Shown: positions 8,560 through 18,906 of the stretch, piece by piece
Layout of the letters: the number at the start of each line of letters is the position of its first letter
How positions within the stretch are numbered: the first letter of the stretch is position 1
Assembly (NCBI GenBank): GCA_044229975.1
Contig: JBGARZ010000008.1
Coordinates: 96,001 to 160,000 of the forward strand
Length of the DNA: 64,000 bases
Direction: 5' to 3'
From: Polyangiales bacterium
GTDB taxonomy: Bacteria; Myxococcota_A; Polyangia; Polyangiales; Ga0077539
Notes under the pieces: model-generated
Database searches by the model: none
What the model was told of the DNA's origin: nothing
The model's input: only the letters and a program-made list of their open reading frames with translations
Translations under genes and position numbers: made by a program

Positions 8560-10143
8560 TCACTGGCGCAGACGCAGCCTGATCACGAACCTCGCCCGCG
8601 ACGCGTCCCACGCTTCGGCCTGCGCCTCGACCACGTCGCCCATCACGAAGGCCGGCGCCCCGCCCTCGCGCGACGCGGGCAACATCGCCACCTGCCGATC
8701 GGGCCGGTACGTCGTCCCGTACGCGTGCTCCAGGTCGACCGAGTACACCTTCAGGTCCACCGCGCATCCGTCGAGCGCGACGTACACCCGCGTCGAGCGA
8801 ACCCCCACCACCGTCCCCACCCGCCACGGCCGCCGCGCGGGCTCCACCGCGAGGTCGTCGCCCAGGAGCTGATCGAGCACCAGCAGATCGACCGCCTTGT
8901 CCACCTCGCCCTGCCGACGGCGCGCTTCGTTGGCCGACGCGATCACGGCCTCTCTCGTGACGAGGTCTTCCTCCCGCGGACGCGGCGTCACCAGGCGCAG
9001 CGCCTCCAGCAGCTCCTTGTGCGAGAAGACGCCCACCGCCTCGCGCATGGGCGCCGTCATTCGCGCGTAGCCATCGACCCCGAGCGCGTGGTGGGGACCG
9101 CTCCTCGCCTGAAACGACGACGCCCGATATGTGTAGCGGACCTGCCGCTCTACCGCCTGCGAGAGCCTCTCGGTCGTCGCGTCGCGCGGGAGCGACGACA
9201 GCCACGCCGCGAGCTCATCGCCGCGGCGCCAGCGCCAGCGATCGTCGAGGCCACGCTGCTCGGCGAGGGCACCGAGGAGTTCTTCGAGCTCGGCGAGGCG
9301 GTCGTACAGCGGCGGGAGGTGGACCCGAAACACCGCCTGCACGTCGTCGTTGTAGCGACCGAAGGTCTGCAACATCTTCGCGCCCTCGATGTTGCAGAGG
9401 AGGGAGATCTGCTCGTTCCAGCGCTCGACGTCGTTGCGGCCGCGGGTCGTGGCGCGCAGGCGCTTCGGGTCGTCGGGGTCGACGTCCACGTTGGCCTCGT
9501 CGCGTTGCAGGGTGAGTACCCCGCGCGAAGCAGCCTCGGCGATGCGCCGCTTGCCCAGCTCGGCGAACATCCGCAGCGAGGTCTTCACCGCCGGATCGTC
9601 GCAGCGCGGGTCGCCCGAGCACCCCGCGTCGAACCACCGCTGCACCCCTTCGTAGGAGAGCTTCGCGCGGCTGCGGATGCGCGCCCGGTGCACCACCGCG
9701 CTCACACAACGCCCCGACGCGTCGGTCTGGACGATGAACACCAACGCCCGACGCAGGACGTTGGGGTTGAGCGAGACGAGCCCCTCGGAGAGCGCCTCCG
9801 GCAGCATCGGGATCGCGAAGCCCGGCAGGTAGAAGCTCGACCCCATGGCGAGCGCGCGGCGCCAGAGCGCTGTGCCCGGACGGGCGTAGTACGACGCGTC
9901 GGCGAGGGCGTAGCGCAGCACGAAATCGCTGCCGCGGCGGTCGACGAAGAGGGCCTGGTCGAGGTCGCGGGAGCCCTCGTTGTCGATGGTGACGTAGGGG
10001 ATGGCGGTCTCGTCCACGAGGCCATGGTCGAGGCCGGGGGAGGCCACCCACGCGGCGACCTCGGCGTCCACGGCGGGGTCCGGCGCGGGGCGAAGTTCGA
10101 GGCGGTCGACGAGGTCGCGGAGGCGCTGCGAGAGGTCGCTCAT
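8560..10143 (-). CDS. RNB-domain ribonuclease (RNase II/R family) lacking N-terminal cold-shock domains
   Basis: YVTIDNEGSRDLDQA, PMLPEALSEGLVSL and HHALGVDGYARMTAPMR motifs; C-terminal S1-like region. Confidence 0.9.
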   Translation of the reverse strand: MSDLSQRLRDLVDRLELRPAPDPAVDAEVAAWVASPGLDHGLVDETAIPYVTIDNEGSRDLDQALFVDRRGSDFVLRYALADASYYARPGTALWRRALAMGSSFYLPGFAIPMLPEALSEGLVSLNPNVLRRALVFIVQTDASGRCVSAVVHRARIRSRAKLSYEGVQRWFDAGCSGDPRCDDPAVKTSLRMFAELGKRRIAEAASRGVLTLQRDEANVDVDPDDPKRLRATTRGRNDVERWNEQISLLCNIEGAKMLQTFGRYNDDVQAVFRVHLPPLYDRLAELEELLGALAEQRGLDDRWRWRRGDELAAWLSSLPRDATTERLSQAVERQVRYTYRASSFQARSGPHHALGVDGYARMTAPMREAVGVFSHKELLEALRLVTPRPREEDLVTREAVIASANEARRRQGEVDKAVDLLVLDQLLGDDLAVEPARRPWRVGTVVGVRSTRVYVALDGCAVDLKVYSVDLEHAYGTTYRPDRQVAMLPASREGGAPAFVMGDVVEAQAEAWDASRARFVIRLRLRQ

Positions 10144-10236
10144 CGTGGAAGAGCGTACGACGAAGCGACGGTCGAGAGCGGTGGGTCACCCGACGGGTTG
10201 ACGCCGCTCGCGCGATGCCCGTATCAGCCGTTCGCC

Positions 10237-11052
10237 ATGCCGAAGATCTCGCTCACGGGGAAGTACACGCTCGTCACCGGCGCGTCGTCGGGCCTCGGCC
10301 TGGAGATGGCGCGCATCATCGCCCGCGACCACAAGGGGCACCTCGTGCTCGTCGCGCGGCGGCTCGACCGGCTGGAGGCGCTCGCGACGGAGCTGCGGGC
10401 AGCGCACGGCGTCGAGGTGGTGTGCATCCAGGCCGACATGACGAAGCGCGACGACGTCACGCGAACCTTCGAGGAGGCGACGGCAGGGAGGAGCATCCAC
10501 GCGGCGATTCTCAACGCGGGCGTGACCTACTTCGGCCGCGGGCTCGACCTCGGCTTCGATGACTTCTCGGCGATGCTCGCGACCAACGTCACGAGCGTCG
10601 TGTGGCTCACGCAGCGCTTCGCCGAACACGTCATCGCGCACAGCCCCGGCGGCGGCGTGATGATCGTCTCCAGCGTCGCCGGAACCACCGCCACCCCCTT
10701 CCAGGCCGCCTACTCGGGGACGAAGGCCTTCCTCAACAACTTCGGCATGGCCCTCGCGGAGGAGCTCGTCGGCGAGCCCGTGTCGGTGACGGTGTTCGTC
10801 CCGGGCGGCATCGCGACGGAGATGGGGGAGAAGTCGGGGACGGCGAAGAAGTTCAAGAAGGGCGACGTCGGGATGATGGACGCCGACGTGTGCGCCCGCC
10901 GCGCCGTCAACGGCCTCGTGCGACGCGAGCGCTTCGTGATCCCCGGCGCGCTCAACCTCCTCAATGACCTCGTGCTGCGCTTCACGCCGCGGGCCCTCGC
11001 CGCCGCCATGGCCGCGCGCATCTACCGCGGCGCGCTGCCACCGAAGTCCTGA
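10237..11052 (+). CDS. SDR family oxidoreductase
   Basis: TGASSGLG, NAG and YSGTK catalytic motifs. Confidence 0.9.
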   Translation: MPKISLTGKYTLVTGASSGLGLEMARIIARDHKGHLVLVARRLDRLEALATELRAAHGVEVVCIQADMTKRDDVTRTFEEATAGRSIHAAILNAGVTYFGRGLDLGFDDFSAMLATNVTSVVWLTQRFAEHVIAHSPGGGVMIVSSVAGTTATPFQAAYSGTKAFLNNFGMALAEELVGEPVSVTVFVPGGIATEMGEKSGTAKKFKKGDVGMMDADVCARRAVNGLVRRERFVIPGALNLLNDLVLRFTPRALAAAMAARIYRGALPPKS

Positions 11053-11066
11053 TATCGTCGGCCGTC

Positions 11067-12500
11067 ATGTCGTCGGACCATGATCCGCTCCCCCCGGCGG
11101 GCCGACTGAAGACGCTCCTCGGCTACGGCGCGATGACCGGCGCGGCGGTGGCGGTGTTCGTTGCCATCCGCTCGGCGGGCGCCGGGCTCGTCGCACCCGT
11201 CACGACGGGCGCCACCTTCGGGCGCACCCACAGCCCGGGCCACAGCGACGCCCTCTTCCACGTGCTGCTCGCGCTCATCGTCATCATCGTGGCGTCGCGA
11301 CTCACAGGGGCGTTGTTTCGCCGCCTCGGACAGCCACCGGTCATCGGTGAGGTGATCGCGGGCATCCTCCTCGGGCCGTCGCTGCTCGGCCGGATTTCGC
11401 CCGCCGCCGGGGCGTGGCTGCTGCCGCCGTCGGTCGCGCCGCACCTCGGCGTGCTCGCGCAGGTCGGGGTGATCCTGTTCATGTTCCTGGTGGGTTTGGA
11501 GCTCGACACGGGAGTGTTGAAGCGGCGGGCGCACGTCACCATCGCCATCTCGCACGCGAGCATCGTCGCGCCCTTCCTCCTGGGCTCGGCGACGGCTCTC
11601 TGGGTCTATCCGAAGCTCTCGCACCGGGGCGTTCCGTTTGGTGTCTTCGCGCTGTTCATGGGCGTCGCGATGTCGGTCACGGCGTTTCCGGTGCTCGCGC
11701 GCATCCTCACCGACCGGGGCATCCAGCGAACGCGCCTCGGCGTCATCGCCCTCGCCTGCGCGGCCGTCGACGACGTCACCGCGTGGTGCCTGCTCGCGCT
11801 CGTCTCGGGCGTGGCGCAGGCGCAGCTCGGCAACGCGGCGCAGACCCTCGGGTTCGCGGCGCTCTACGTCACCGTGATGCTCGGCGTGGTGCGACCGGCC
11901 GTCACGCGCGCCGTGCGAAAGCAGGAGCTCGTCGGCGCCCTCAGCCCGCACGCCACGGCGGTGGTGCTCGTCGGGCTGCTGGCCTCTGCGCTCGCCACCG
12001 AGGCGATCGGCATCCACGCGCTGTTCGGGGCGTTTCTACTGGGGGCGATCATCCCGCACGAGTCGCTGCTCGCGAAGTCGATGCGGCAGAAGCTCGAAGA
12101 CGTGGTGCTGGTGTTTCTGCTGCCGGCGTTTTTCGCCTTCACGGGGATGCGCACGCAGATCGGGCTCGTGCACGGGTTCGACCAGTGGCTGGTGTGCGCC
12201 GTGCTCATCGCGGTGGCCTGCGCCGGCAAGTTCGGCGGGACGATGGTGGCCGCGCGCCTCTCGGGTCTCGACACGCGCGACGCCGCGAGCCTCGGCGTGT
12301 TGATGAACACCCGCGGCCTCATGGAGCTCATCGTGCTCAACGTGGGCTTGGACCTCGGGGTGCTGTCGCCGACGCTCTTCGCGATGATGGTGCTGATGGC
12401 GCTCGCCACGACGCTCGCCACGACGCCGCTCTTCCTGCTGCTCCGCCGCGGGCACGCGCTCGACGACGAACGCGGCAACCTCGCTCGCGCGGGGGGCTGA
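11067..12500 (+). CDS. Cation/H+ antiporter (CPA2/Kef family)
   Basis: GQPPVIGEVIAGILLGPS, TAFPVLARIL, AAVDDV and MNTRGLMELI motifs. Confidence 0.92.
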   Translation: MSSDHDPLPPAGRLKTLLGYGAMTGAAVAVFVAIRSAGAGLVAPVTTGATFGRTHSPGHSDALFHVLLALIVIIVASRLTGALFRRLGQPPVIGEVIAGILLGPSLLGRISPAAGAWLLPPSVAPHLGVLAQVGVILFMFLVGLELDTGVLKRRAHVTIAISHASIVAPFLLGSATALWVYPKLSHRGVPFGVFALFMGVAMSVTAFPVLARILTDRGIQRTRLGVIALACAAVDDVTAWCLLALVSGVAQAQLGNAAQTLGFAALYVTVMLGVVRPAVTRAVRKQELVGALSPHATAVVLVGLLASALATEAIGIHALFGAFLLGAIIPHESLLAKSMRQKLEDVVLVFLLPAFFAFTGMRTQIGLVHGFDQWLVCAVLIAVACAGKFGGTMVAARLSGLDTRDAASLGVLMNTRGLMELIVLNVGLDLGVLSPTLFAMMVLMALATTLATTPLFLLLRRGHALDDERGNLARAGG

Positions 12501-12549
12501 GCCGCTCTACGCATCCGCCGACGCGTCGGTGGTAGCGTCGTCGGTGTCC

Positions 12550-13362
12550 ATGTCCACTCGCCCGACCAGGGGTCGCGCGCGTTCGCTCGGCTGCGTCGTC
12601 AGCCTCGCCGTCGCGCTCGTCCGCTGCGCCCAAGGGAACGTCGCGGACGACGCCGCGTCTCTCGACGTGGCAGACGTCGTCGCGGTCGCCAATGATCGAG
12701 GCGTCGACGTGGTGGTCGCTCCCATCGACGCCGCGGTGATGGACGCCGCTCGCCCCGCCATGGACGTCCCCTCGCCCGTCGATGCGCCTCGCGCTCCCGA
12801 TGCGGGCGCTGCTGATGCGGGCACTCCCGACATGGGCGCTTCCGACGTGGGTGCTTCGTCGGTGGCGTGCGGTGACGGCTTCATCGACCGGGCCTCCGGC
12901 GAGGTGTGCGACGACGGCAACCGCATGGATGACGACGCGTGCGCGGCCGACTGTCGACGCGTGTTCTGCGAGGACGGATCGTGGCGCACCATCGATCCGG
13001 CGACGGCGCGCTGCTACTGGCGTGACACCAACGTGTCCGTGCGCGACGCCGCGGTCACGCGCTGCACCGCCCGCGGCGGACAGCTCGCGGTGTTCGAGAC
13101 CGCGGCGGAGGCAGCCGTGGTCTACCCGGCAGTCGGGCTCAGCGGCGGCACGAGCACCGTCTGGATCGGGCTGCGCCGCGTCGGCTCGGCGTGGACCTGG
13201 GACAACGGAGTGGCACTCGCGTTCACGGGCTTCCGCGAGGGCGAGCCGGCCGGAGACGGAGCCTGCGCCGAGTGGGGGCCGACCAACGACTTCAACGACC
13301 TCCCCTGCGAGGTGCGGCGCGACCTGCTCTGCGAACGAGCGCCGCCGGGGCGACCACGCTGA
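12550..13362 (+). CDS. Secreted C-type lectin domain protein with a myxococcal Cys-rich repeat (DUF4215-like)
   Basis: CGDG...EVCDDGN...C repeat; WIGL, W-W and GEP...C...ND..C CTLD motifs. Confidence 0.8.
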   Translation: MSTRPTRGRARSLGCVVSLAVALVRCAQGNVADDAASLDVADVVAVANDRGVDVVVAPIDAAVMDAARPAMDVPSPVDAPRAPDAGAADAGTPDMGASDVGASSVACGDGFIDRASGEVCDDGNRMDDDACAADCRRVFCEDGSWRTIDPATARCYWRDTNVSVRDAAVTRCTARGGQLAVFETAAEAAVVYPAVGLSGGTSTVWIGLRRVGSAWTWDNGVALAFTGFREGEPAGDGACAEWGPTNDFNDLPCEVRRDLLCERAPPGRPR

Positions 13363-13369
13363 TCACCGG

Positions 13370-14863
13370 TCAGTTGCAGCGCGGCGCCGGATCGGGGCAC
13401 GCGCCGTTGGCGTCGGCCTGCGGCGACTGGTGGCAGCCCGTCCCGAACTGCGTGAAGTCGTTGCCCGCCGTGGGGAGGTTGAAGTCGATGGGAGAGCCGT
13501 TCCAGTGGCGGCCGATGGCGACGCCGTTGGGGTCTGCGCCCGCGAAGCTGAGGTGCTCGATGGCGCCCGCGTTGGGCTGCGCCTCGATCATCAAGAAGGG
13601 GTTGTCGCTCGACGTCCCCTCCCAGTCGCAGAGCTGGCCGTTCCACGCTTCGCCCGCGTTGCGGATCGTCACGTAGCGCAGCCGCGTCGCGGTGCGGTTG
13701 TAGCGCGGTCCGAGGTACACCCCGTGCCACTGCGCGGGGCCCTCGTCGGTGCCCGCCGGGCGCAGCGTGATGCGCGTCGCCTCGGCCCCGCCGTCCATCA
13801 CCAATCCGCCTTCGGCGTCGTAGCCCACGCTGATGCCCGCGCCGCGTCCGAAGCGCAGCGTGGTGCCCGGCGCGATGGTGAGCACCGGCGCCGTCGGGCC
13901 GTCGACGCGGAGATCAGTGCCGTCGGCGAGGTGGTACGGCACGCCCGGGTTTCGCCACGTCGCGCTCTGCCGGATGGTGACCTGGTCGTTGCCACCGACC
14001 GCCTCGGCGACGAACACCTCGTCGACGGCGTTGCCCGTGTACGCCCCCGCGGGGAGGCTCCCGACGGAGGGCGCGCGCTGCACGTACACCGCGCCCGTGA
14101 CCGCCGCGTTGCCTGCGACGGTGCCCGTCACCGTGAGGTCGGACGAGTCGGGGGTGAAGGTTCCGCCTTCGACGAGGGCGACGCCGAAGCCACGGCACTG
14201 CCGGGCGCTCAGGTGGTCGACGTGGAGGCCGGGCGCGGCCACGTAGAGGCACGCCGTGCGGCTGTCCCAGTCGGCGCCGCCGTGCTCGATGACGACGTGC
14301 GAGAGGCGCTGGTTGCGCCGGGCGTGGGCGTTGAACCACACGCCCTTCCAGTCGCCCGCCTGGGGCTGCGGGTTGTTGGAGCCGAAGCGGATGGGGTGCT
14401 GCGCGTCGCCCACCGCGGAGAGCCCGGCGCCGTCGCGCACCCACACGCCGTTGCCGCCGCCGACGAGCACCACCGCGCACGGGGCGATGGTGAGCGTCAC
14501 GCCGTCCTGCACCTCCAGGCCGTCGGGGAGGCGGTGCGGAGAGTCTTCGAGGGTCCAGGTCTCGTTGCGCTGAACGCTCGCGTCGTGGATGGTGCCGGGC
14601 AGCAGCGCGGCCATGTCCGCGAGCGCGGGGCAGCCCGAGGCGCGCGACGGCGCCGGGGTGCGAACGCTCGACGGAGTGGGTGGGGTCGCCGGCGCAGCGC
14701 CGTTGCCCGGTGCGGGCGCTGCGGGGTCGGCAGCAGGCGCAGCCGTCGCCGGTGCGGGCGCGCTGCCCGTGAGCCCATGAACGATGTCCATCACCTTGCG
14801 GCACCCGAAGGAGCCGGACACCGCGAGCGAGAGCGACAACAACACGATGGGGCGATGGTTCAT
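13370..14863 (-). CDS. Hypothetical lipoprotein with duplicated beta-helix-like modules
   Basis: Lipobox SFGC; Pro/Ala linker; two copies of TW...P(H/Y)...LTIAP...W.GV; ATG preceded by GAAGGAG. Confidence 0.75.
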   Translation of the reverse strand: MNHRPIVLLSLSLAVSGSFGCRKVMDIVHGLTGSAPAPATAAPAADPAAPAPGNGAAPATPPTPSSVRTPAPSRASGCPALADMAALLPGTIHDASVQRNETWTLEDSPHRLPDGLEVQDGVTLTIAPCAVVLVGGGNGVWVRDGAGLSAVGDAQHPIRFGSNNPQPQAGDWKGVWFNAHARRNQRLSHVVIEHGGADWDSRTACLYVAAPGLHVDHLSARQCRGFGVALVEGGTFTPDSSDLTVTGTVAGNAAVTGAVYVQRAPSVGSLPAGAYTGNAVDEVFVAEAVGGNDQVTIRQSATWRNPGVPYHLADGTDLRVDGPTAPVLTIAPGTTLRFGRGAGISVGYDAEGGLVMDGGAEATRITLRPAGTDEGPAQWHGVYLGPRYNRTATRLRYVTIRNAGEAWNGQLCDWEGTSSDNPFLMIEAQPNAGAIEHLSFAGADPNGVAIGRHWNGSPIDFNLPTAGNDFTQFGTGCHQSPQADANGACPDPAPRCN

Positions 14864-14979
14864 GGGGTCTCCTTCGGCCCCGATGCTACGGCGTCCGCCC
14901 ACGGGTCCAGCAGCGAAAGTGCGCGCGGTGCCGCCGAGGAGAAACGCCCCGTTCGTGAGGTCGACTAGACTCCGCCGCG

Positions 14980-15735
14980 ATGAGCGCGCCGTCGCCCGAA
15001 GCATCGTCGTCCACCTCGGCCTACCGACCACTGCCGGAGGGTCCATCGCCCCGGTGGCGCCGTGCCGCGAGCGGCCTCCGGCTGGTGCGCGTCGCGACCT
15101 GGGTGCAGTTCGCCGCGCGCACGGCGAACGGCCTGCTGATGTCCGTGGCCATGAGCTACGGGACGGCTGGCGTGCGCCTCTTCTCGATCGCCTCGGTGGG
15201 CAACCTCGTCGCGCTGGTCGCGAGCGGCGTGGTGGTGGTGGGCCTCTTCCGCTTCGGCGACGCGCCGCCCTCGGTCGGCGTGATGGAGCCCGCCCGACGC
15301 GCGATGGCGGCCGCGTTCGGGACGTTGTCGACCGCGCTGCCCGGCTTCCTGATGACCGCGCTGGGTCTCCATCGCTGGGCCAACCCCTCAGTGCTCGGCG
15401 CGGTCGCGAGCTTCCAGCAGCTCGCGAGCTTTGCGCTCACCGTCGCGTACCTCGTGTTGCTGCGGCGGGCGCTGGCCGTGACGGTGCAGGCGCTCGGCGG
15501 ATCGTGGCCCACCTGGACGGAGCGGCTCGTGCCGGCCTACGTCGCGTGGCGCATCGTCGCGACCGCCTCGCAGGTGGGCGTCAGGGTGTTCTCTGGCGGG
15601 ACGTTGAACACCGTGTGGGGTCTCGTCTCGCTCGCCATCGACGCGGCCTTCGTGCTGGCGTTTACGCGGCTCATGCGGCTGGCCGAGGAGTCGCTCGCGC
15701 GGCAGGAGACGACCGAGTCCGCGCTGGCTCGGTGA
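14980..15735 (+). CDS. Hypothetical multi-TM membrane protein
   Basis: About six hydrophobic segments; fits the intergenic space. Confidence 0.65.
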   Translation: MSAPSPEASSSTSAYRPLPEGPSPRWRRAASGLRLVRVATWVQFAARTANGLLMSVAMSYGTAGVRLFSIASVGNLVALVASGVVVVGLFRFGDAPPSVGVMEPARRAMAAAFGTLSTALPGFLMTALGLHRWANPSVLGAVASFQQLASFALTVAYLVLLRRALAVTVQALGGSWPTWTERLVPAYVAWRIVATASQVGVRVFSGGTLNTVWGLVSLAIDAAFVLAFTRLMRLAEESLARQETTESALAR

Positions 15736-15791
15736 CGCGAAGCACCCGAGGCGTTTGCGCGCTGGCACGCGAGTTGGAACACTCGCACTCC

Positions 15792-16754
15792 ATGTGGACG
15801 CGCGCGGCGGGGATGGCGGCTCGGGTGGCGGTCATGGCCGCGGGTGTCGCGCTGACCGTGGGTGTGGTTCCGCTGCCGTCGGCGCCCGCGCCCGAGCGGG
15901 TGCTGAGCACGGGCATCGAGGAGATCGACCCCGCGTCGCAGTCGCTCACGTATCACGGCGGGTACTGGTTCAACTGGCTGAGCGACTCCACCTGTGTCGT
16001 GCCCGGAGAGCGACGCTGCGTCGACGAACCGGACCCTCGCTGCCAGACCGACGTGACCTTCGGCCCGCTCCATCTCGTCGTGCGAGAGCCGCGCACCGAT
16101 CCATCCTCCGAGTTCTCCATCGAGACGCTGCCGGGTGAGCCCGTCGCCTTCCGCTGCGCGTCCATGGGCGTGCTCTCCTCGCCCGGCTGGAGCCGCTTCG
16201 GCGCGGCCTGCGACGGCCATCGTCGAACCTTCGCGCTGGCCTGCACCTCCAACGCCGGCGTCGATCGGCGCGTCGCGTTTCGGATGACCGACTCGGTGCG
16301 CGTGACTCCCTCGCCGGGCGCGATGGCCCGATGGCGCGAGGCCACCTCCACGGCCTGGATGACCCGCGGCGCGCTCTCACTCGCGTGGATCACCGGGGTG
16401 CTGCTGGGCTCGCTCGTCGCGTTCGCGCATCGGCGTTGGGCGAGAGCGCTGGGTGCGCGGCGTTGGGTCGCGGCGACGCACCGGGGCGGCGGGGTGGCCT
16501 TCGTCGTCGATGGCGGCACGATGGTCGATGGGCTTCCGAAGGAGTTGCCTCGGGGAGCGGCCCTGGTCGAACTGGCAAACGACGAGACGGCCGAGCCGTA
16601 CCGCGCGGCGAAGCGCACCGTCGCGGCGGCTCGCGCTGGAACGTGGGCCGACCTCGCGCGCGACGTGCGCCGTCTGCGGGTGCGCGGCATGGCGTTGGGT
16701 CTGGCGATGGTGGCCCTGGGCGGGCTGCCCATGGCCTGGCTGTGGCGGCACTGA
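15792..16754 (+). CDS. Hypothetical membrane protein with a Cys-containing extracytoplasmic domain
   Basis: N-terminal TM/signal, Cys-rich middle, two further TMs, EPYR motif. Confidence 0.6.
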   Translation: MWTRAAGMAARVAVMAAGVALTVGVVPLPSAPAPERVLSTGIEEIDPASQSLTYHGGYWFNWLSDSTCVVPGERRCVDEPDPRCQTDVTFGPLHLVVREPRTDPSSEFSIETLPGEPVAFRCASMGVLSSPGWSRFGAACDGHRRTFALACTSNAGVDRRVAFRMTDSVRVTPSPGAMARWREATSTAWMTRGALSLAWITGVLLGSLVAFAHRRWARALGARRWVAATHRGGGVAFVVDGGTMVDGLPKELPRGAALVELANDETAEPYRAAKRTVAAARAGTWADLARDVRRLRVRGMALGLAMVALGGLPMAWLWRH

Positions 16755-16770
16755 CGCCGATCGGCCTCGA

Positions 16771-17047
16771 CGACGTTCGCGAAGCGGGCCGGGGTTCACG
16801 GTGCAGGCTCCGCGTCCATCGCGCTCCGTTCACCGCCGGGCAAAGGTAAGGGGTCACCCCGTCGCTGCGCGACGGGGTTGCAGGCTGAGGACCCATCGCG
16901 ATCCCAATCGGCACCGTGGAAGTCGCGACCTCTGTTGCAACCCCGGCGCGCAGCGACGGGGTGACCCCTTACCTTTGCCCGGCGGTGAACGGAGCGCGAT
17001 GGACGCGGAGCCTGCACCGTGAACCCCGGCCCGCTTCGCGAACGTCG
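16771..17047. repeat. Long intergenic inverted repeat HP1 (112-bp arms, 53-bp spacer), REPIN/MITE-like
   Basis: 16771..16882 is the reverse complement of 16936..17047 with one mismatch; lies between convergent genes. Confidence 0.95.
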
Positions 17048-17088
17048 ACGGGGTGAATCGGTATGAGTGCGCCGCCCGCGACAAGGCT

Positions 17089-17601
17089 TCAGCGCGTGCG
17101 GCTGTCCTGCCAGAGGAGCGTGCAGGTGGTGCGCGAGAAGTCGGTGCAACGCCCGTCGCCGCGGCCCGAGAAGCCGCCGTCAGGGGCGCAGATCGAGGCG
17201 CAGTTCGACGAGATCAAGGAGCTGAACTGATCGCAGCACTGGGCCGGGAGGTAATAGACGGTCGCGCCGTTGTAGGTGCACCGATAGATCGACCCGGGCG
17301 GGTTGCCGACGGGCTGGGACATCATGGCCGTGATGAGCGTCTGCACGCACATGGGCGGCGCCTCGGGCGCATCGGTCGCAGCGGGCGTGTCCGTCGCGGC
17401 AGACCCCACGTCGCGCGCGGTGGCCACGTCGACGGTGGACCCCGCGTCGGGAGTGGTGCCAGCGTCGAGCGTCGCAGGCACATCCGTCACGGTCGGGACG
17501 TCGCCCGGAACATCGGCCGAGACCACCGGGGTCGAGTCACCCGAGCAGGCGACGAGGAGACAGAGCGCGAGGGGCCCCGAGGCACGAAGGAAGACGTTCA
17601 T
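17089..17601 (-). CDS. Lipoprotein with DUF6970-like C-terminal domain
   Basis: Lipobox LVAC; YNGATVYYLPAQCCDQFS...CAPDGGFSGRGDGRC resembles this family from recall. Confidence 0.7.
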   Translation of the reverse strand: MNVFLRASGPLALCLLVACSGDSTPVVSADVPGDVPTVTDVPATLDAGTTPDAGSTVDVATARDVGSAATDTPAATDAPEAPPMCVQTLITAMMSQPVGNPPGSIYRCTYNGATVYYLPAQCCDQFSSLISSNCASICAPDGGFSGRGDGRCTDFSRTTCTLLWQDSRTR

Positions 17602-17650
17602 GGCCCCGACGATAGGGCACCCCGGAGCGGAGCGATACGGAGGCGCGGCG

Positions 17651-18184
17651 CTACGGCGCGGCGGCGGGCTCGGTGATGGTGAACTCGACGCGGCGGTTGC
17701 GGTCGTGGCAGGCGTCGGTGGCTTCGGTGCAGAGCGGCTGCGTGGCGCCGTTGCCGGTCGCCTCGAACTGGATGCTCTCGAAGCCGTGACCGTGGAGGTA
17801 GTCGGCGACGGCCTGCGCGCGGCGCTGCGACAGGCGCTGGTTGTGCGAGGCGTCGCCGCGGGTGTCGGTGTGGCCCTCGACGCGGATGCGACGGACCTGG
17901 GTGTTCTCGCGCAACAGGGCGATGAGGTCGGTGAGCGTCGCCTGCGACTGCTGCTCCTGGATGTGGTCGGAGTCCGTGTCGAAGAGGATCTGGTGCTCCA
18001 GCGTGATGTGACCGCCCGCGAGGTGCGCCTCGGCGTGCACGGGGGCCGGCGCGGGCGCGGCGACGACGGGCGCGGGCGCCACGACGATGGGCGCCGGCTG
18101 CGGCGCCGGAGCGGGAGTGGAGGCGCAAGCCGCGAGCGTCGCGGAGAGCATGAGCGGGAGGGTCTTCGTCCAACGAGAAGTCAT
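17651..18184 (-). CDS. OmpA-family peptidoglycan-binding lipoprotein
   Basis: Lipobox LAAC; ILFDTDS, VEGHTD, NQRLSQRRA and NRRVEF. Confidence 0.92.
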   Translation of the reverse strand: MTSRWTKTLPLMLSATLAACASTPAPAPQPAPIVVAPAPVVAAPAPAPVHAEAHLAGGHITLEHQILFDTDSDHIQEQQSQATLTDLIALLRENTQVRRIRVEGHTDTRGDASHNQRLSQRRAQAVADYLHGHGFESIQFEATGNGATQPLCTEATDACHDRNRRVEFTITEPAAAP

Positions 18185-18333
18185 GGTCGGCCTCGCAGAG
18201 TGGCGTGAGGGTGGTCGATCAACGCGGCGGTTCTATCGTCCGCGCAGGCGCCCGCTCAACCGCGACCTGGAGCACCTATCGAAAGATAACTTTCTGGCTC
18301 ACCGACCTATCCAGAGACGCTGCGACCACTCGC

Positions 18334-18906
18334 TCAACAGCGCCCATCGAGGAAGTTGCGCACCAGCACATCGCCTCCCTCCGTCAGCACCGACTCGGGA
18401 TGAAACTGCACGCCCACCACGGGCCGCTCGCGGTGGCGCAGCGCCATCACCACGCCCTCCTCCGTGTCGGCGCACACCTCCAGGCACGCGGGCACCGTCT
18501 CTCTCGCCACCACCAGCGAGTGATACCGCGCGGCCACCATCGTCTCGCCCATCCCCGCAAACACTCCGTTGCCGTCGTGACGCACCCTCCACGCGCGCCC
18601 GTGCACCGGCTCCGGCGCCCGCTCCACCCGCGCGCCCCACGCCGCCCCGATGCACTGGTGCCCGAGGCACACGCCCAGCACCGGCGCTCGCCCGCCCATC
18701 ACCATCGCGGTGCTCACCCCCGCGCGCGTCGGGTCGCCCGGTCCCGGTGAGATCACCACGTGCGACGGCCCCCACGACCACAGCGTCTCCGCGTCGTGCG
18801 CGTCGTTGCGTACGACCCGCAGCTCGGTCCCCTCCCCCGCCACGCGCCCGATGAGCTGCACCAGGTTGAACGTGAACGAGTCGTAGTTGTCGACGACCAG
18901 GATCAC
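18334..18906 (-). CDS. trpG: Anthranilate/aminodeoxychorismate synthase component II (class I glutamine amidotransferase, TrpG/PabA)
   Basis: DNYDSFTFNL, ISPGPG, GVCLGHQ, RYHSL and GVQFHPES; GTG start overlaps the upstream TGA. Confidence 0.92.
   Translation of the reverse strand: MILVVDNYDSFTFNLVQLIGRVAGEGTELRVVRNDAHDAETLWSWGPSHVVISPGPGDPTRAGVSTAMVMGGRAPVLGVCLGHQCIGAAWGARVERAPEPVHGRAWRVRHDGNGVFAGMGETMVAARYHSLVVARETVPACLEVCADTEEGVVMALRHRERPVVGVQFHPESVLTEGGDVLVRNFLDGRC

Noticed and set aside
16796..17149. Small ORFs overlapping hairpins HP1, HP2 and HP3
   Set aside because: Same peptide read on both strands because of the palindromes; no RBS or codon-bias support
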